This document shows positions 30,189-40,391 of a stretch of 64,000 nt of DNA, piece by piece. The stretch's first letter is position 1. Each line of letters opens with the position of its first letter. The DNA is from a virus, in IMG/VR virus record IMGVR_UViG_3300037424_001177, positions 95,229 to 159,228 of that record. One strand, written 5' to 3'. A program made the position numbers and the translations under genes. The notes under the pieces were generated by a model, which saw nothing but the letters and a program-made list of their open reading frames with translations, searched no databases and had not been told where the DNA came from.

Positions 30189-31170
30189 AGCCGCGGCCAA
30201 ATCACTTGAACAGCTCACGACCGAAATACACGAACGTCTGAAGCTGTGTGAGGACATTCACGATCCTCAAATCACAGCTCAGTACTTAGCCGAAGAAGTT
30301 TTGCAGGCCGGCGATCGGATCATCCTCTCGTCAACCGAGACAGGTTACGCAATCGGGGCACTAGATCCGTCCTGTCTCGAGGAACAGCCTCGAGTCATGC
30401 GTGAGGACGGTAGGCTCGGAATCGGGCTTCCGAGGCTGAAACCAGAGGTAGAGGCAGCCCTCACCCTCTGGTTCTCTGAGCGGGGGCGGGAGAAGGAGGC
30501 GATTGACTTATTTTCCGCCCGTCTTGGAATTTCTGCTCTCGACACCAGCCTACTCGTGCTCTCGAGGTCTGGTCGACAAGCTATCGCCACAGCCATTGGA
30601 CAGTTGGACCCGACTACCCTCCTAGACTCCGCCAGAGGCATTTTGAGGGAGTTCTGGTCTAGACTCCAACCGGTAACGACGGAGCCTGACACAATGCCTT
30701 CTGTGAGCGGCCAGACCGTCTCCGGCACGGATATCGGGATCAGCGACTTACGTGGCTTGTCTGTCGTGCACCAGCACGCGTCCAACACACGGGCCAGCTT
30801 AGCTGCTGGTGTGTTGCGGGAGATGGCGCGTTTGATCTCGGGCATATCTGGCAAACCTCACGTAAGTTCGGATTCCGGCCCCGGATTCTGGATTGCTCCG
30901 CCGGAAGCGGTTGGAGCCTTGCTACAGAAAAATCCGCTGAACCGTGTATTGCCGGTAGTTGGCGCGAAAACTGTCTCGCTTTCCCCGAGTGCAGGCCGTG
31001 TGAAGATCGATTCCTACTCGGTATCTTCCAGAGAGTCCGGCGGTTCTTGGTCGGTTTACGCCAGAGTCCATTGGCGGGTTTGGTTACACGGGCCTACTTC
31101 TGTACGCGCCTATCTATTGGATGTTGACCCGGATACGCAAGTGGTTCACAGCTCGCCGTTTGAGACGTGA
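30070..31170 (+). CDS. Hypothetical protein
   Basis: 366-aa ORF in operon. Confidence 0.55.
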   Translation: MDQLSKEPPIRSLAMTVRPIPPDLLAARLILKARPDLLYEAAAKSLEQLTTEIHERLKLCEDIHDPQITAQYLAEEVLQAGDRIILSSTETGYAIGALDPSCLEEQPRVMREDGRLGIGLPRLKPEVEAALTLWFSERGREKEAIDLFSARLGISALDTSLLVLSRSGRQAIATAIGQLDPTTLLDSARGILREFWSRLQPVTTEPDTMPSVSGQTVSGTDIGISDLRGLSVVHQHASNTRASLAAGVLREMARLISGISGKPHVSSDSGPGFWIAPPEAVGALLQKNPLNRVLPVVGAKTVSLSPSAGRVKIDSYSVSSRESGGSWSVYARVHWRVWLHGPTSVRAYLLDVDPDTQVVHSSPFET

Positions 31171-31549
31171 GAACGCAGTGACTTACGCGGCTGTCGAGAT
31201 CAGGTCTTACGAAACACCACACAAGGTGGTGGAGCACATTATGATACACGCCGCTAACGCGGAACAGCGATTCCTAGGGTTGTACGTTTACGGAATCACT
31301 TCGCTGTCGACGACCAATTTCGTGCGTTTCCGTTCCGACGTTTCGCTTGACGTTTTGGAAACTATGCTTCACCAAGAGGGTCGCGCGATCATTGTGTGGA
31401 AAGATGATCACTACGAGGTCAAGTACCGCGACAGTATTAGGCCCAAGCAAGTCCCAACGTATGTGATGCTAGCGGCGGAAACACCCATCACGCATCGACG
31501 GTACAAAGGCCCAAAAATCAAGACTTGGGAGCAGCAATTTCTTCTGTGA
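31121..31549 (+). CDS. Hypothetical protein
   Basis: ORF in operon; start uncertain. Confidence 0.45.
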   Translation: MLTRIRKWFTARRLRRENAVTYAAVEIRSYETPHKVVEHIMIHAANAEQRFLGLYVYGITSLSTTNFVRFRSDVSLDVLETMLHQEGRAIIVWKDDHYEVKYRDSIRPKQVPTYVMLAAETPITHRRYKGPKIKTWEQQFLL

Positions 31550-31552
31550 CTC

Positions 31553-32299
31553 TTATGGGATGTCTGCTGTCACAACACACGGCTGGTTCCACTTCAGTCC
31601 CCGACAGGAGACTTGTCCTTCTGGGCTGACGATGCAGATCCCGCCGTGCCCAAAGTCATTGTTCTGCTCGAGTCCGTAGCGATTCGAGACGAGAAGCCAC
31701 ACCTTGTTGTTCTTGGCAAACCGGATCCAACTGACCGCAGGAAAGCCTCCCTTGCCAAAGTTGGAACTGAAACAAACGATGTCGGCGTCACCCTTTTCGT
31801 AGAAGCTATCCACGTCGTCAGATCTGTCTCGGATATCTCGACAGATCAACGTTCCGACTCTTCGCTCACAAAATTCGAGAATGGAAGGCGGTTCCGATCC
31901 CTCCGTTGCCCAAAGGTAGTCATTGGCCCACATATTGGCCTTCCGGTACACACACCAGAGATTCGGCGTGATCAAGACCTGGCTGTTGTAGAGCTTGTGC
32001 GTCCCAGGATCTCGTTCTGGGGTGCCGTAAGCGATAGCGACTTCATAGCGGTGGCAGATCTCTTTGAAAATCGCCATGGAGCTTGAGGTCTCAGGTCCGG
32101 ACAAGTCCTCCGCAAATCTAGCTGCATGTTCGTAGTCCATGAAGCTGTAGCCTGTTGTGCACAGTTCAGGCAACGTGATGAGCCTTGCACCTTCACGGAT
32201 GGCTTGAGTAACCAACTGGACAGCTGTCGTGAGATTCCGGCTCGATCGTTCGAAGGCCGGCGCAAACTGGACGGCCGCAACGCGGAGACTTGCTGTCAC
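31553..32299 (-). CDS. Carbon-nitrogen hydrolase (nitrilase superfamily)
   Basis: RVAAVQF, LPEL..TGY, YNS, YRK, LICRD: E-K-C triad. Confidence 0.88.
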   Translation of the reverse strand: MTASLRVAAVQFAPAFERSSRNLTTAVQLVTQAIREGARLITLPELCTTGYSFMDYEHAARFAEDLSGPETSSSMAIFKEICHRYEVAIAYGTPERDPGTHKLYNSQVLITPNLWCVYRKANMWANDYLWATEGSEPPSILEFCERRVGTLICRDIRDRSDDVDSFYEKGDADIVCFSSNFGKGGFPAVSWIRFAKNNKVWLLVSNRYGLEQNNDFGHGGICIVSPEGQVSCRGLKWNQPCVVTADIP

Positions 32300-32329
32300 A
32301 TTGAGCGTGTGTTATGAGAGGATCCACCC

Positions 32330-32740
32330 ATGTCGCTACCCACGCTCGAAGACTGCAACACGTTACCTACGCTTGAAGACTCGATCCCAACTGATTGTTG
32401 CCTTCCTGAAGAAGACCCAGGTCCTCAGCCGACGAAGTGTGACCTGGACCGCAACAACAACGTCTGGGTCGAAGGGATAGCCCCCGACGGCACTGGGGGG
32501 ATTTGCACTCTCGACAATCTGTGTGACGATACGATCGTCTTCATTTTGCAGAGGGACGAGCACGCGAGAGAAGATCTTTTACGTGTGACAAGCGACGCAC
32601 ATTTGCGAACACTCGCCGCAACGACCCCGCGTCTCCCAACGACGTATCAAGGGGATGAGGAGATGGCCCAGATAAACCAAATGCCTGCGAGCATTCCGTT
32701 CTATACAGCATTTCGCGGACAACCGCCGTTTGCGCAATGA
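32330..32740 (+). CDS. Hypothetical acidic protein
   Basis: GAGG RBS; short N-terminal repeat LPTLED x2. Confidence 0.55.
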   Translation: MSLPTLEDCNTLPTLEDSIPTDCCLPEEDPGPQPTKCDLDRNNNVWVEGIAPDGTGGICTLDNLCDDTIVFILQRDEHAREDLLRVTSDAHLRTLAATTPRLPTTYQGDEEMAQINQMPASIPFYTAFRGQPPFAQ

Positions 32741-33813
32741 TCGACAAGAATCGACTACAAGACGTCAGACGCATCATTACACACGCGTACTGTTCGGACG
32801 GGGTAGCGTCTGCCATGATCCTCCTCGACGCGTTGCCTGAAGCGACAGTGGAGTTCGTTCAGTACGGTACAAAACAGCACAAAGAACTCGAGGCCACGCC
32901 CAACACGATCTTTTGCGACTTCTCTCCGCCTAGGGATCGTATCGATGAGTTTTTGGCGCCTGTAGAACGCTTCGTGGAAGCAGGGCTGGGGAAATTCGTT
33001 CCAGAAACCCCAGGAGTTTCTGGAGCTAGTCTTGCCTACGCGGACGTTTGGATGCCCCTCCACGTTTCTGAGCCTGGGTCTTCGTTGAGTCCGTTCTTTG
33101 CTGCACGCCTGGCAGTGCTCGCTGCGACCTACGACACTTGGCAAACAGACAGCCAAGACTGGAGTGCAGCCTGTGATGTGGCTGAATGCTTGAGATTCTG
33201 GCCGTGGGCGTATATCGAAGATAAAGTCAAAAAAAAGACGCTGACATGGGGGGATCTGTTCGAGGTCGGGCCTCATCTCAGCAAACTGTCAGATTCGGAC
33301 TCTGCGACACTGGCCAAAAACGCTTTTCGCTTCACCAGCAAACGAGGACGACGGGTCGCCATCATCCCAACGACAGGTGCCAAGTTAAACAAGGTGGCAC
33401 ATCACGATCAAGGCAATGCAGATCTCGTCATAGGCTTCAAATACAGTGTCGAACCGGACTCCGTAACGCAAATCTGCTCATGCCGGACCAAAGCAGATTT
33501 CGATTGTCACGCGTTCGCACTTGCCATGGGCGGTGGAGGCCACACCAAAGCCGCAGGGTTTTCAATACCTGTGGATGTAACCCATAAAGACCCGATAACT
33601 GTCATCCGACGCATGTTGGGACTCTACGAAGAAATTGAAGACCTGTGGAAGTCCAAGATCAAAGAACCGTACTTCACAGAAAATTACCCAAGACCACAGC
33701 AAGCTTTCGCACACCTGCTACTAGAGCAGATGCCGGGACTCCGGAATGCACCAGAAGTGCTCAAACTGTTTTTCCCAGGGGGAACTCCCGATCCAAGTCA
33801 CCAGAACAAATGA
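32737..33813 (+). CDS. DHH/DHHA1-family phosphoesterase-like protein (DHH motif missing)
   Basis: H..C.DG, DFS, SGA.L, D.W, GGGH.KAAGF. Confidence 0.7.
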   Translation: MIDKNRLQDVRRIITHAYCSDGVASAMILLDALPEATVEFVQYGTKQHKELEATPNTIFCDFSPPRDRIDEFLAPVERFVEAGLGKFVPETPGVSGASLAYADVWMPLHVSEPGSSLSPFFAARLAVLAATYDTWQTDSQDWSAACDVAECLRFWPWAYIEDKVKKKTLTWGDLFEVGPHLSKLSDSDSATLAKNAFRFTSKRGRRVAIIPTTGAKLNKVAHHDQGNADLVIGFKYSVEPDSVTQICSCRTKADFDCHAFALAMGGGGHTKAAGFSIPVDVTHKDPITVIRRMLGLYEEIEDLWKSKIKEPYFTENYPRPQQAFAHLLLEQMPGLRNAPEVLKLFFPGGTPDPSHQNK

Positions 33814-33951
33814 TAGAGAGACGGCGGAGCACCCGATCTGTCTTTCCCTGTTGCAGTGCTTCTTGCAACATCCTTTGCCGAGGATCATTGGTCTTGCGGG
33901 CACGCTCGAGTGCTTGTCGAGCGAGACGGTTCCAATCAATGCTTCGTGTCA

Positions 33952-34257
33952 TCAGTTGCTGTTCCTCCGCATCAATTTGTAGAGTTTGTCTCGGTATGCG
34001 TTGGCGTGCTCCTCGGGCTTAGAAACACCCATTGCTGTCACGAGCTTTTGGAAGTGGTTTGTGAAAAACTGTATCCCGGTCACAGGATCAGACATGACAC
34101 GCCAACAGGGCTGACAATAAATGAAACTGGCGGGCGGCGTCATGCCCGTGGATTTTTTGAGGTACACTTGTTCGTCGTACGTGAGATTGACGACGCGGGC
34201 TTCAGGTCCTCGACAAGCCCGCAGACAGATGCAACACTGATCGAGGTCATGATTCAT
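33952..34257 (-). CDS. Small Cys-motif protein
   Basis: CCIC...YCQPC; coupled to neighbours. Confidence 0.5.
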   Translation of the reverse strand: MNHDLDQCCICLRACRGPEARVVNLTYDEQVYLKKSTGMTPPASFIYCQPCWRVMSDPVTGIQFFTNHFQKLVTAMGVSKPEEHANAYRDKLYKLMRRNSN

Positions 34258-34753
34258 GGGAATGGCGATTGTCTGCGATCAAAAGAGCTGCTGCAAGCGG
34301 CAGCCTCGTCGAGATGTTCTGGTAATTCCCAGCATCAGTTTCTAGCTTCTCAAGCTTCTCGAGGATTTCGCGCTTTGGTATCAAGCCAGGACCGAGAACC
34401 GTCGGTTCACAGTCCCGTCGATCGCGTGAGAATGTGACGGCGCATTGAAAGGGCCGTTTTGGGTAGACAGTACAAAGATCGTTACCGTCCAGTAGGGGAC
34501 ACTGAATCTCTGCTAACAGCCAGACCTCGAAACTCAAACCAGCAGTGAGCTTCGAGACCTGTTCAAGACTGGTCTTCAATTCCGCTGTCCAGAGCCTTCT
34601 GCTACGCAGAAACTCGTAGATCTCGTCAGCTTCGTCAAGCGTGACGATGACAGGGTGACTACAACACGCGGAGCAGCTTCTTCGGCAATCTACGCGTGTT
34701 GTACGTCGGACGCTCTCTCCATACTCAGCCGCGAGTGTGAGTCGCCTTTTCAT
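34247..34753 (-). CDS. YkgJ-family CxxxCxxCC putative Fe-S/Zn protein
   Basis: CRRSCSACC...CPLL...C.VY..RP..C. Confidence 0.8.
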   Translation of the reverse strand: MKRRLTLAAEYGESVRRTTRVDCRRSCSACCSHPVIVTLDEADEIYEFLRSRRLWTAELKTSLEQVSKLTAGLSFEVWLLAEIQCPLLDGNDLCTVYPKRPFQCAVTFSRDRRDCEPTVLGPGLIPKREILEKLEKLETDAGNYQNISTRLPLAAALLIADNRHSHES

Positions 34754-34868
34754 ACAGCGTAAGGATCATCTTTCGCTGGTTCTTCCCCGCCACCGACGCC
34801 CCACATAGACATCGCTTCGTCGATTGTGAGGGGCGTCGGTTTGGGTTCTAGATCGGTGGATGGCAGGG

Positions 34869-35468
34869 TTACGCCTCCGCCGACCTCGCCCCTTTTTTTG
34901 CTTGATAGACTCCGTGCGAGACCTTGGTGAACAGGTCTTCTCGCTTCGACAAAAGAAAGCTCACGTAGTTACGCGGGTTGCTAGCCGTGACCTTGTTGCC
35001 CTGTCTTGCAAGAGCCTCGAGGACATCCGTGGCTTTCATGGGCTTGTTGCCCTCAGCCAACATGGCTTGCACCATCAGGTTGTACAACGCTCCCGGTTTC
35101 TTCTTTGAGTGACCATTCGTTTCAGGATCGACTGCGCGCTTTCGACCTGGAGTTTTTGACGTAGCGGACCCTGCAATATCGGACAGCTTGCGACCACGTT
35201 TGCGACCGTCTGGTTTCGCTACAACTGAAGGCGCTGCCGCTACGGCCTTTGTTTTTGGCCTTCCGGGACCACGTTTGACAGCTTCTCCGCTTTCTGAGGC
35301 GTCAGGGGAAGCAGTTGCTATCGCGCTCCCGATCTTTTTTCGTCCGCGACGTTGGACAGGCTTTGCTTCTTGTGAGGCTTCTTGGCTTGCTGTCGCAGAC
35401 GAACCGGTGAAACGTCTCAACAATTCGTCTACGATTGCGACTGCGAGTTTTTCATGACCTTTCGACAT
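34869..35468 (-). CDS. Basic nucleoid-type DNA-binding protein (AT-hook-like motifs + C-terminal winged helix)
   Basis: RRGRKK, KRGPGRPK, RKRGRK, PGRKR; C-terminal L.E...PM...+L..L...F.KV.HGVY. Confidence 0.6.
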   Translation of the reverse strand: MSKGHEKLAVAIVDELLRRFTGSSATASQEASQEAKPVQRRGRKKIGSAIATASPDASESGEAVKRGPGRPKTKAVAAAPSVVAKPDGRKRGRKLSDIAGSATSKTPGRKRAVDPETNGHSKKKPGALYNLMVQAMLAEGNKPMKATDVLEALARQGNKVTASNPRNYVSFLLSKREDLFTKVSHGVYQAKKGARSAEA

Positions 35469-35498
35469 TTATTTTCTCTTCCCTGGAACTCCAGGGAG

Positions 35499-35535
35499 TT
35501 TCGGACCGCGTTCGAGTCTTGAACGCGGTCCGAAA
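35499..35535. repeat. Perfect 15-bp inverted repeat
   Basis: TTTCGGACCGCGTTC-7 nt-GAACGCGGTCCGAAA between Ku and the DNA-binding gene. Confidence 0.85.
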
Positions 35536-35558
35536 AATAGACATGTTGTCGTCAGGTG

Positions 35559-36446
35559 TCAAGTCGTACGCGCGTGTGATTTTGATTTTTTGGTTGATTT
35601 AGGTTTGTTGGTGTTCTTGTCATGAGACGATGAGGAGCCGTTGATTTTTTCAGACGGTGTCCCGTTTGCGAGTTTCGGGGTATTTTGCGCCGAACCTTCG
35701 AGGCTTCGTTTGAGCGCTTCGAAAAGGTCGAGAATTGCGGGTTGTCCGGAGGCTTGGGGGATTTCGATTTCACGACCGGCGACTTTGGCGTCGACAAGTC
35801 GCATCAGCGCCGCAGTGTACTCGTCTGTGTACTGACTGATGTCGGAGGATGGTTTTGTCAGGCGCTCTACGAGTTGGTTGGCCAAGTCACGTTCAGCTGG
35901 TGAGATTTCGACCTTGGCGGCCTTGACCTCCTCGAAGTCCCGTACTTCACTTGAGTAAAAGAGCACCTGGAGTGCTAGCCCGCCACGATAGGCTCGGACG
36001 GTGACCAGGTGTTGCTTGCTGCGGTTGGTCCATCTGGCGATTGCTTGCACGGCCTGTACTGCCAAGGTTTCCGCGAGTAATGTGTAGCCCTTGTCTCCGC
36101 CCTTGTCAGGACTGAGGTAGTAGGTCTTCTCAGTCTGTACGAAGTCCACGTGTCCAATGGGCACGAACTCCAAGATCTCGACAACCTGGTTGGCCTTGGT
36201 CTCGAGCGACGCAAGCTCTTCTTTGGTGATTCGGACGAACTGTCCCTTGCTGACTTCGTAACCGCGATCCAACTCACTGTGTTCGACAGGTAGGTTTGTT
36301 TCCGCGTCGAGCATCGGTTGTTTGACGCGGTGCCCGTCCTTGGTGAGCATGTTGAGGTGTGGTCGATCGTCCGAGGCCGAGACGTAAAATTTGACGGGGA
36401 TCGAGACGAGGCCGAATGTGATTGAGGATGATGCAAAAGCGCGCAT
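35559..36446 (-). CDS. ku: Ku DNA end-binding protein
   Basis: I.FGLVSIPVK, RGYE.SKG.+V.+T.EEL, EFV, YYL.PD, D.Y, +DL.EALKRSL. Confidence 0.92.
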   Translation of the reverse strand: MRAFASSSITFGLVSIPVKFYVSASDDRPHLNMLTKDGHRVKQPMLDAETNLPVEHSELDRGYEVSKGQFVRITKEELASLETKANQVVEILEFVPIGHVDFVQTEKTYYLSPDKGGDKGYTLLAETLAVQAVQAIARWTNRSKQHLVTVRAYRGGLALQVLFYSSEVRDFEEVKAAKVEISPAERDLANQLVERLTKPSSDISQYTDEYTAALMRLVDAKVAGREIEIPQASGQPAILDLFEALKRSLEGSAQNTPKLANGTPSEKINGSSSSHDKNTNKPKSTKKSKSHARTT

Positions 36447-36473
36447 TGGTGGGTTCTTTCGTGTTTGGGATTT

Positions 36474-36878
36474 TCAGAGGTATTTGGGTTGAAGCGGTAG
36501 AACGTAGGTCCACCAATATTTTGACTCGATGTAGGCGTCCATGCCCGTACCTGTGAGGTGGACCGCAAAGAGGGGAAAGCCTATCACAGGTCCTTTGAAG
36601 CGCAGCAGTGCACCACAAGTAAAGCGGGTGTCTGTCATGGCGACGAGCTTGCCCGCTTCTTCGTTGAAAATGAACTCGTTGGTCACGGCAACGACCCCGG
36701 AGTCAATCCTCGGTCCTTGGTCGCCGTAACTGTTCCAAGCCAGTTTGGCGAGGTCGTACAACTCGACGTATCGGCGTGCAGAGTAGGTTTGTGACAAGAA
36801 CCCTGGAGGTCGGCTGATGTCGATTTCGCTAGCGAGGAGCATGAACTCCCGAAAGTTCGGGAAGCGTGAAGTGTCCAT
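36474..36878 (-). CDS. Hypothetical protein
   Basis: ATG at 36878 coupled to upstream stop. Confidence 0.45.
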   Translation of the reverse strand: MDTSRFPNFREFMLLASEIDISRPPGFLSQTYSARRYVELYDLAKLAWNSYGDQGPRIDSGVVAVTNEFIFNEEAGKLVAMTDTRFTCGALLRFKGPVIGFPLFAVHLTGTGMDAYIESKYWWTYVLPLQPKYL

Positions 36879-36882
36879 CAAC

Positions 36883-37326
36883 TTAACGCCTTTCGCCAGT
36901 AATGGGGTCAAAGATCGGGGGAGGAGGTCTCGGACTGATGCGTGCGAAGTTCTCACGTGCATCAGACTCGTCCTGAAATATGCAGCAGCCACCAACAGCA
37001 AGTCCGTCGTCAGTCACACCCAAACGGACACACCAAACATTGCGTTGGCGCCTCGGTCTCCCACAGAGCAACCTGTCGCGACTTAGCCAGGATCTCCCAT
37101 CGACGGTAACCGCGATGAGTTCAAAGTCGTCGTTTGGCTCCGGCTGGAAACGAGCTCGTCTGGTAGCGCGCTCTTCATTCCGTATTTTAGCTCGTTGTTC
37201 CGCTTCGCCGATATCGCAGTACGACTCAAAAGCGTGTCCGCCCTTCTCTGTGTGAAATACACAATATAGCCCAGTTTCTTCGTCCAAGTCAGCGTAGTAC
37301 TCGCCAGTGTGGTGTGTATTTTCCAT
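36883..37326 (-). CDS. Hypothetical protein
   Basis: 147-aa ATG ORF. Confidence 0.5.
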   Translation of the reverse strand: MENTHHTGEYYADLDEETGLYCVFHTEKGGHAFESYCDIGEAEQRAKIRNEERATRRARFQPEPNDDFELIAVTVDGRSWLSRDRLLCGRPRRQRNVWCVRLGVTDDGLAVGGCCIFQDESDARENFARISPRPPPPIFDPITGERR

Positions 37327-37461
37327 TTTCGTGGGCTCCTGTACTTCTTACTACCCTTCAATTCCCAGTCGGCGAATACGCCTGATCTTACTACGAATCA
37401 CGAGGTCTCAAAATCGAGTGAAATCGTTAGCGGCGTTTCTTCCTATTGTTTCGCTTTGATA

Positions 37462-39123
37462 GTGACCTCTTCTGCTCGCGTTGCGGCCCGGTACAAGTCC
37501 AAAAAGGAGCTGGATACCGGAACGGTCGTCTATCAGTACTCGGAGCGACAGATCGCGCGTCGAAACAACGAAAAGGCAGCGCGACTCGAGAAATTGCGCG
37601 GTAAAATCAAAGGCTTACGAAGCCAGGTACGGAAGGATCTGAAGTCGAGTGATCCTGATACGGCTCTGACTTCACTGGCCGTGGCTTTGATAGACCACAC
37701 TTTTGAGCGTGTCGGGAATGCGACAAGTGCCGACGACGGGCATGTGGGCGTCACCGGGTGGCAGAAGAGTCACATCAGCTTTGGCCGCAACAAGGCGACG
37801 ATCAAGTACGTCGGGAAGTCGGGCGTCAAACAGAAGAAGATCGTGAGCGACAAAGCTATTCTGGCCGCTCTCCGAGACGCTTACGAGGGCTGTGACGAGG
37901 ATTCGATTTTCTGTCACGGCTCCGGCAAGATCACTGCCAGTCACGTCAACGCGTACCTCAAGAAGTTCGAGATCACAGCGAAAGATTTACGCGGATTTCA
38001 TGCAAACCGCCGGATGCAAGATGAACTCCGCACAGTTCGTTCAAAAAGTGGCGAACTGTCGGAAGACAAGAAGAAGCGGGATGCACAGCTCAAGAAGGAG
38101 TTCGAACACGCACTTGATGAGACAGCTAAAGCTGTCGGTCACGAAGCGGCGACTCTGAAGTCTATGTACTTGGTTCCGGGGCTCGAGGAGACGTTCCTCA
38201 AAGACGGGTCTGTCTATTCCAAGATGAAGTTGGCAGAACTCGTGATGCGGTTCGCAGGTTTGACCGATTCGGACAAGCGTGTTGTTGACGCGTTCATCAA
38301 GAAAGAGACCGCAGATGGCCGGATGCTTTCGACAGACGGACATTCATTGTACAAGTCTGGAATGGGCAGTGAAAAGGTCGCTGTTTGGCGCGGCAACAAG
38401 ATCGCTATCGTGTCGACTGAGTCCGCCAAAAGTGACGAGGTGATTCTGCGCTACCTAGTCAAGGTTGGCGGGAAGAGCCTCATCACGTGGGCCTATGATC
38501 GACCGGGCTTCGAGAAGTCATTGCATTTCGAAACCGGTAGCGACTCCGTCGCTCGGGGCCAGCACGATGGGTGGATTTCCGTTTGGATTCCTGGCCGCGA
38601 TGAGCGTGTTGGTTGGCTCAGCTGGTCACTCTACCAAGGTCGCTACCAAATCAAAATGGTTCATGTGGAACCTGAGTTTCGCCGATCCGGAATTGCGACG
38701 GCTCTTTACAGAAAACTCTTCCGCGACGAGCACATCACCAAAAACGATTTGGACCCTACATGGCAGACAGATGAGGGACAAGCTTTACGCCGCTCACCGT
38801 TGAGTGCTACACAACGAGTGGTGGCTCGCTACCTCAACGCCAAAAAGACGCCGTCGCAGATGTCGGCGGGAGAAATCAACCGCGAACTCGACCGACTAGA
38901 TCGAGCACATTCGAAGCTCATATCCCAATTCATTGAGGCCGGACGTGGCCACGAAAGATCTTCGGAGACGATGACCAAGAGTGACCCTCTTGCACGTGCC
39001 TACCAAGAAAGCACTGACCGTTTTCGAGCTTTGAGGAACGAGATCGAAAGACGTATGGGTCCTGGTGCTACGTCACGGTTGCCCAGAGGCTTTGGACCGA
39101 TTCGCGGATTGTCAGGAGCTTGA
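37462..39123 (+). CDS. Polyvalent protein: type IB topoisomerase + unknown domain + GNAT-like domain + small helical domain
   Basis: ERVGN, YVGKSG, TAKDLR, GH, SMY (TopIB pentad); VHVEPEFRRSGIATALY (GNAT motif A); GTG start inferred. Confidence 0.8.
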   Translation: MTSSARVAARYKSKKELDTGTVVYQYSERQIARRNNEKAARLEKLRGKIKGLRSQVRKDLKSSDPDTALTSLAVALIDHTFERVGNATSADDGHVGVTGWQKSHISFGRNKATIKYVGKSGVKQKKIVSDKAILAALRDAYEGCDEDSIFCHGSGKITASHVNAYLKKFEITAKDLRGFHANRRMQDELRTVRSKSGELSEDKKKRDAQLKKEFEHALDETAKAVGHEAATLKSMYLVPGLEETFLKDGSVYSKMKLAELVMRFAGLTDSDKRVVDAFIKKETADGRMLSTDGHSLYKSGMGSEKVAVWRGNKIAIVSTESAKSDEVILRYLVKVGGKSLITWAYDRPGFEKSLHFETGSDSVARGQHDGWISVWIPGRDERVGWLSWSLYQGRYQIKMVHVEPEFRRSGIATALYRKLFRDEHITKNDLDPTWQTDEGQALRRSPLSATQRVVARYLNAKKTPSQMSAGEINRELDRLDRAHSKLISQFIEAGRGHERSSETMTKSDPLARAYQESTDRFRALRNEIERRMGPGATSRLPRGFGPIRGLSGA

Positions 39124-39124
39124 A

Positions 39125-40342
39125 ATGGGCGTGACAACGTCTGCGCGCAAAGTCCTTGCCCGGTACAAACTTGCGCTTGCTGGCGTCATCACGAAACGCG
39201 AAATCGATCAGTGGCGAAAAGACCTACGCCAGATGACCAAGATTTACAAATCGGTCAATCCGGACGATTTGGAGACGTGGCAAGAAGCTAGGAAGTTGTT
39301 CCAAGCTTTTCGGGATAACTACAGCAAGTGGGTCTACAAGACTGTACTCCCTAAAGTCTCGAAGGATGAAGAAACGTATTTACATAGGACGGTAGCCAAG
39401 GAAGCGTGGGATGCATACCTCGCTATCGACACCAGCCAGCTTTTTCCTACAACGTGGGATGCGGAGGGACGTACACAAATTGCCGCCCCTTGGCAGTTGA
39501 AGAGTGTCCAAGATCGCAACATTCAAAAATACCAACGAGCCTTCAGCCGTGCCTTCAAAGCTTTGGAGGAATACGTTGATTCTCGTCAAGGGGAGATTAC
39601 ACGTCACCAAGATGAAGAGTATCAAATTTCTGGAATGCATGTCTCGGTTTCAGGGTACGGGCGCACCGAGTCTGACGCAGAAGATGATCTTGAGAGGTAT
39701 TTGAGGTCACTCAAAGACTATGCGGTTCGAATTTCGAAAGCCGGATTTCGTGACGCTGTTGCAGGCTTGCACGTCGTCGTCTCCTTTGAATCCAAAGAAT
39801 CGTTGACCAACGCAATCTATCAACCGGGTTCGGATACGATGACGGTTTACCCTTTGGGTCTCGCTGGGAGCCAGCACGGAACTTTTGTCCACGAAGTTGG
39901 TCACCGATATTGGTTCAGACGGATGACTCAACAGGCACGCGCCCATTGGATCGACGTGATGGATCGTCGAGGCGCCAAGCTTGAAAAGACTGATGTCGAC
40001 GCCTTCTATGCCTTCATCCAGAAAACCGAGAAAAATGGCTTCTACCCCGACGACCGCGAACTGGAAGCAATGATCGGACGTCTCCCAATTTCTGAAATCG
40101 ACAAGGCCAAGTACCGCGACCTTTCGGGCGTTTCACTCTATGTCCTGAAGGAGCGTCCTAGCGACTATCGTCGGGCGCTGGACGGACAGGTCGGAGACGT
40201 TGTACCTCTCGAGGACGTTTCTGAGTACGCCACCTCTGGGGGCCCTATCGAGGCTTTCGCCGAGGTGTTTCGTGTCTATGTCAACGCTGGCCCAGAGACT
40301 TTAGGTCCTTTCACGCGTGAGCTTTTCCAAACAGTCGTGTAG
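39125..40342 (+). CDS. Zincin-like metallopeptidase domain protein with N-terminal tag
   Basis: HEVGH and distal SEYA....EAFAE. Confidence 0.7.
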   Translation: MGVTTSARKVLARYKLALAGVITKREIDQWRKDLRQMTKIYKSVNPDDLETWQEARKLFQAFRDNYSKWVYKTVLPKVSKDEETYLHRTVAKEAWDAYLAIDTSQLFPTTWDAEGRTQIAAPWQLKSVQDRNIQKYQRAFSRAFKALEEYVDSRQGEITRHQDEEYQISGMHVSVSGYGRTESDAEDDLERYLRSLKDYAVRISKAGFRDAVAGLHVVVSFESKESLTNAIYQPGSDTMTVYPLGLAGSQHGTFVHEVGHRYWFRRMTQQARAHWIDVMDRRGAKLEKTDVDAFYAFIQKTEKNGFYPDDRELEAMIGRLPISEIDKAKYRDLSGVSLYVLKERPSDYRRALDGQVGDVVPLEDVSEYATSGGPIEAFAEVFRVYVNAGPETLGPFTRELFQTVV

Positions 40343-40391
40343 ACACAACTAACACTAATCCTGTTTTTGAATCCTACGAGAGAGCCTGACC

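Noticed and set aside
35499-35535. Intrinsic terminator
   Set aside because: No U-tract follows the stem on either strand; kept as an inverted repeat.
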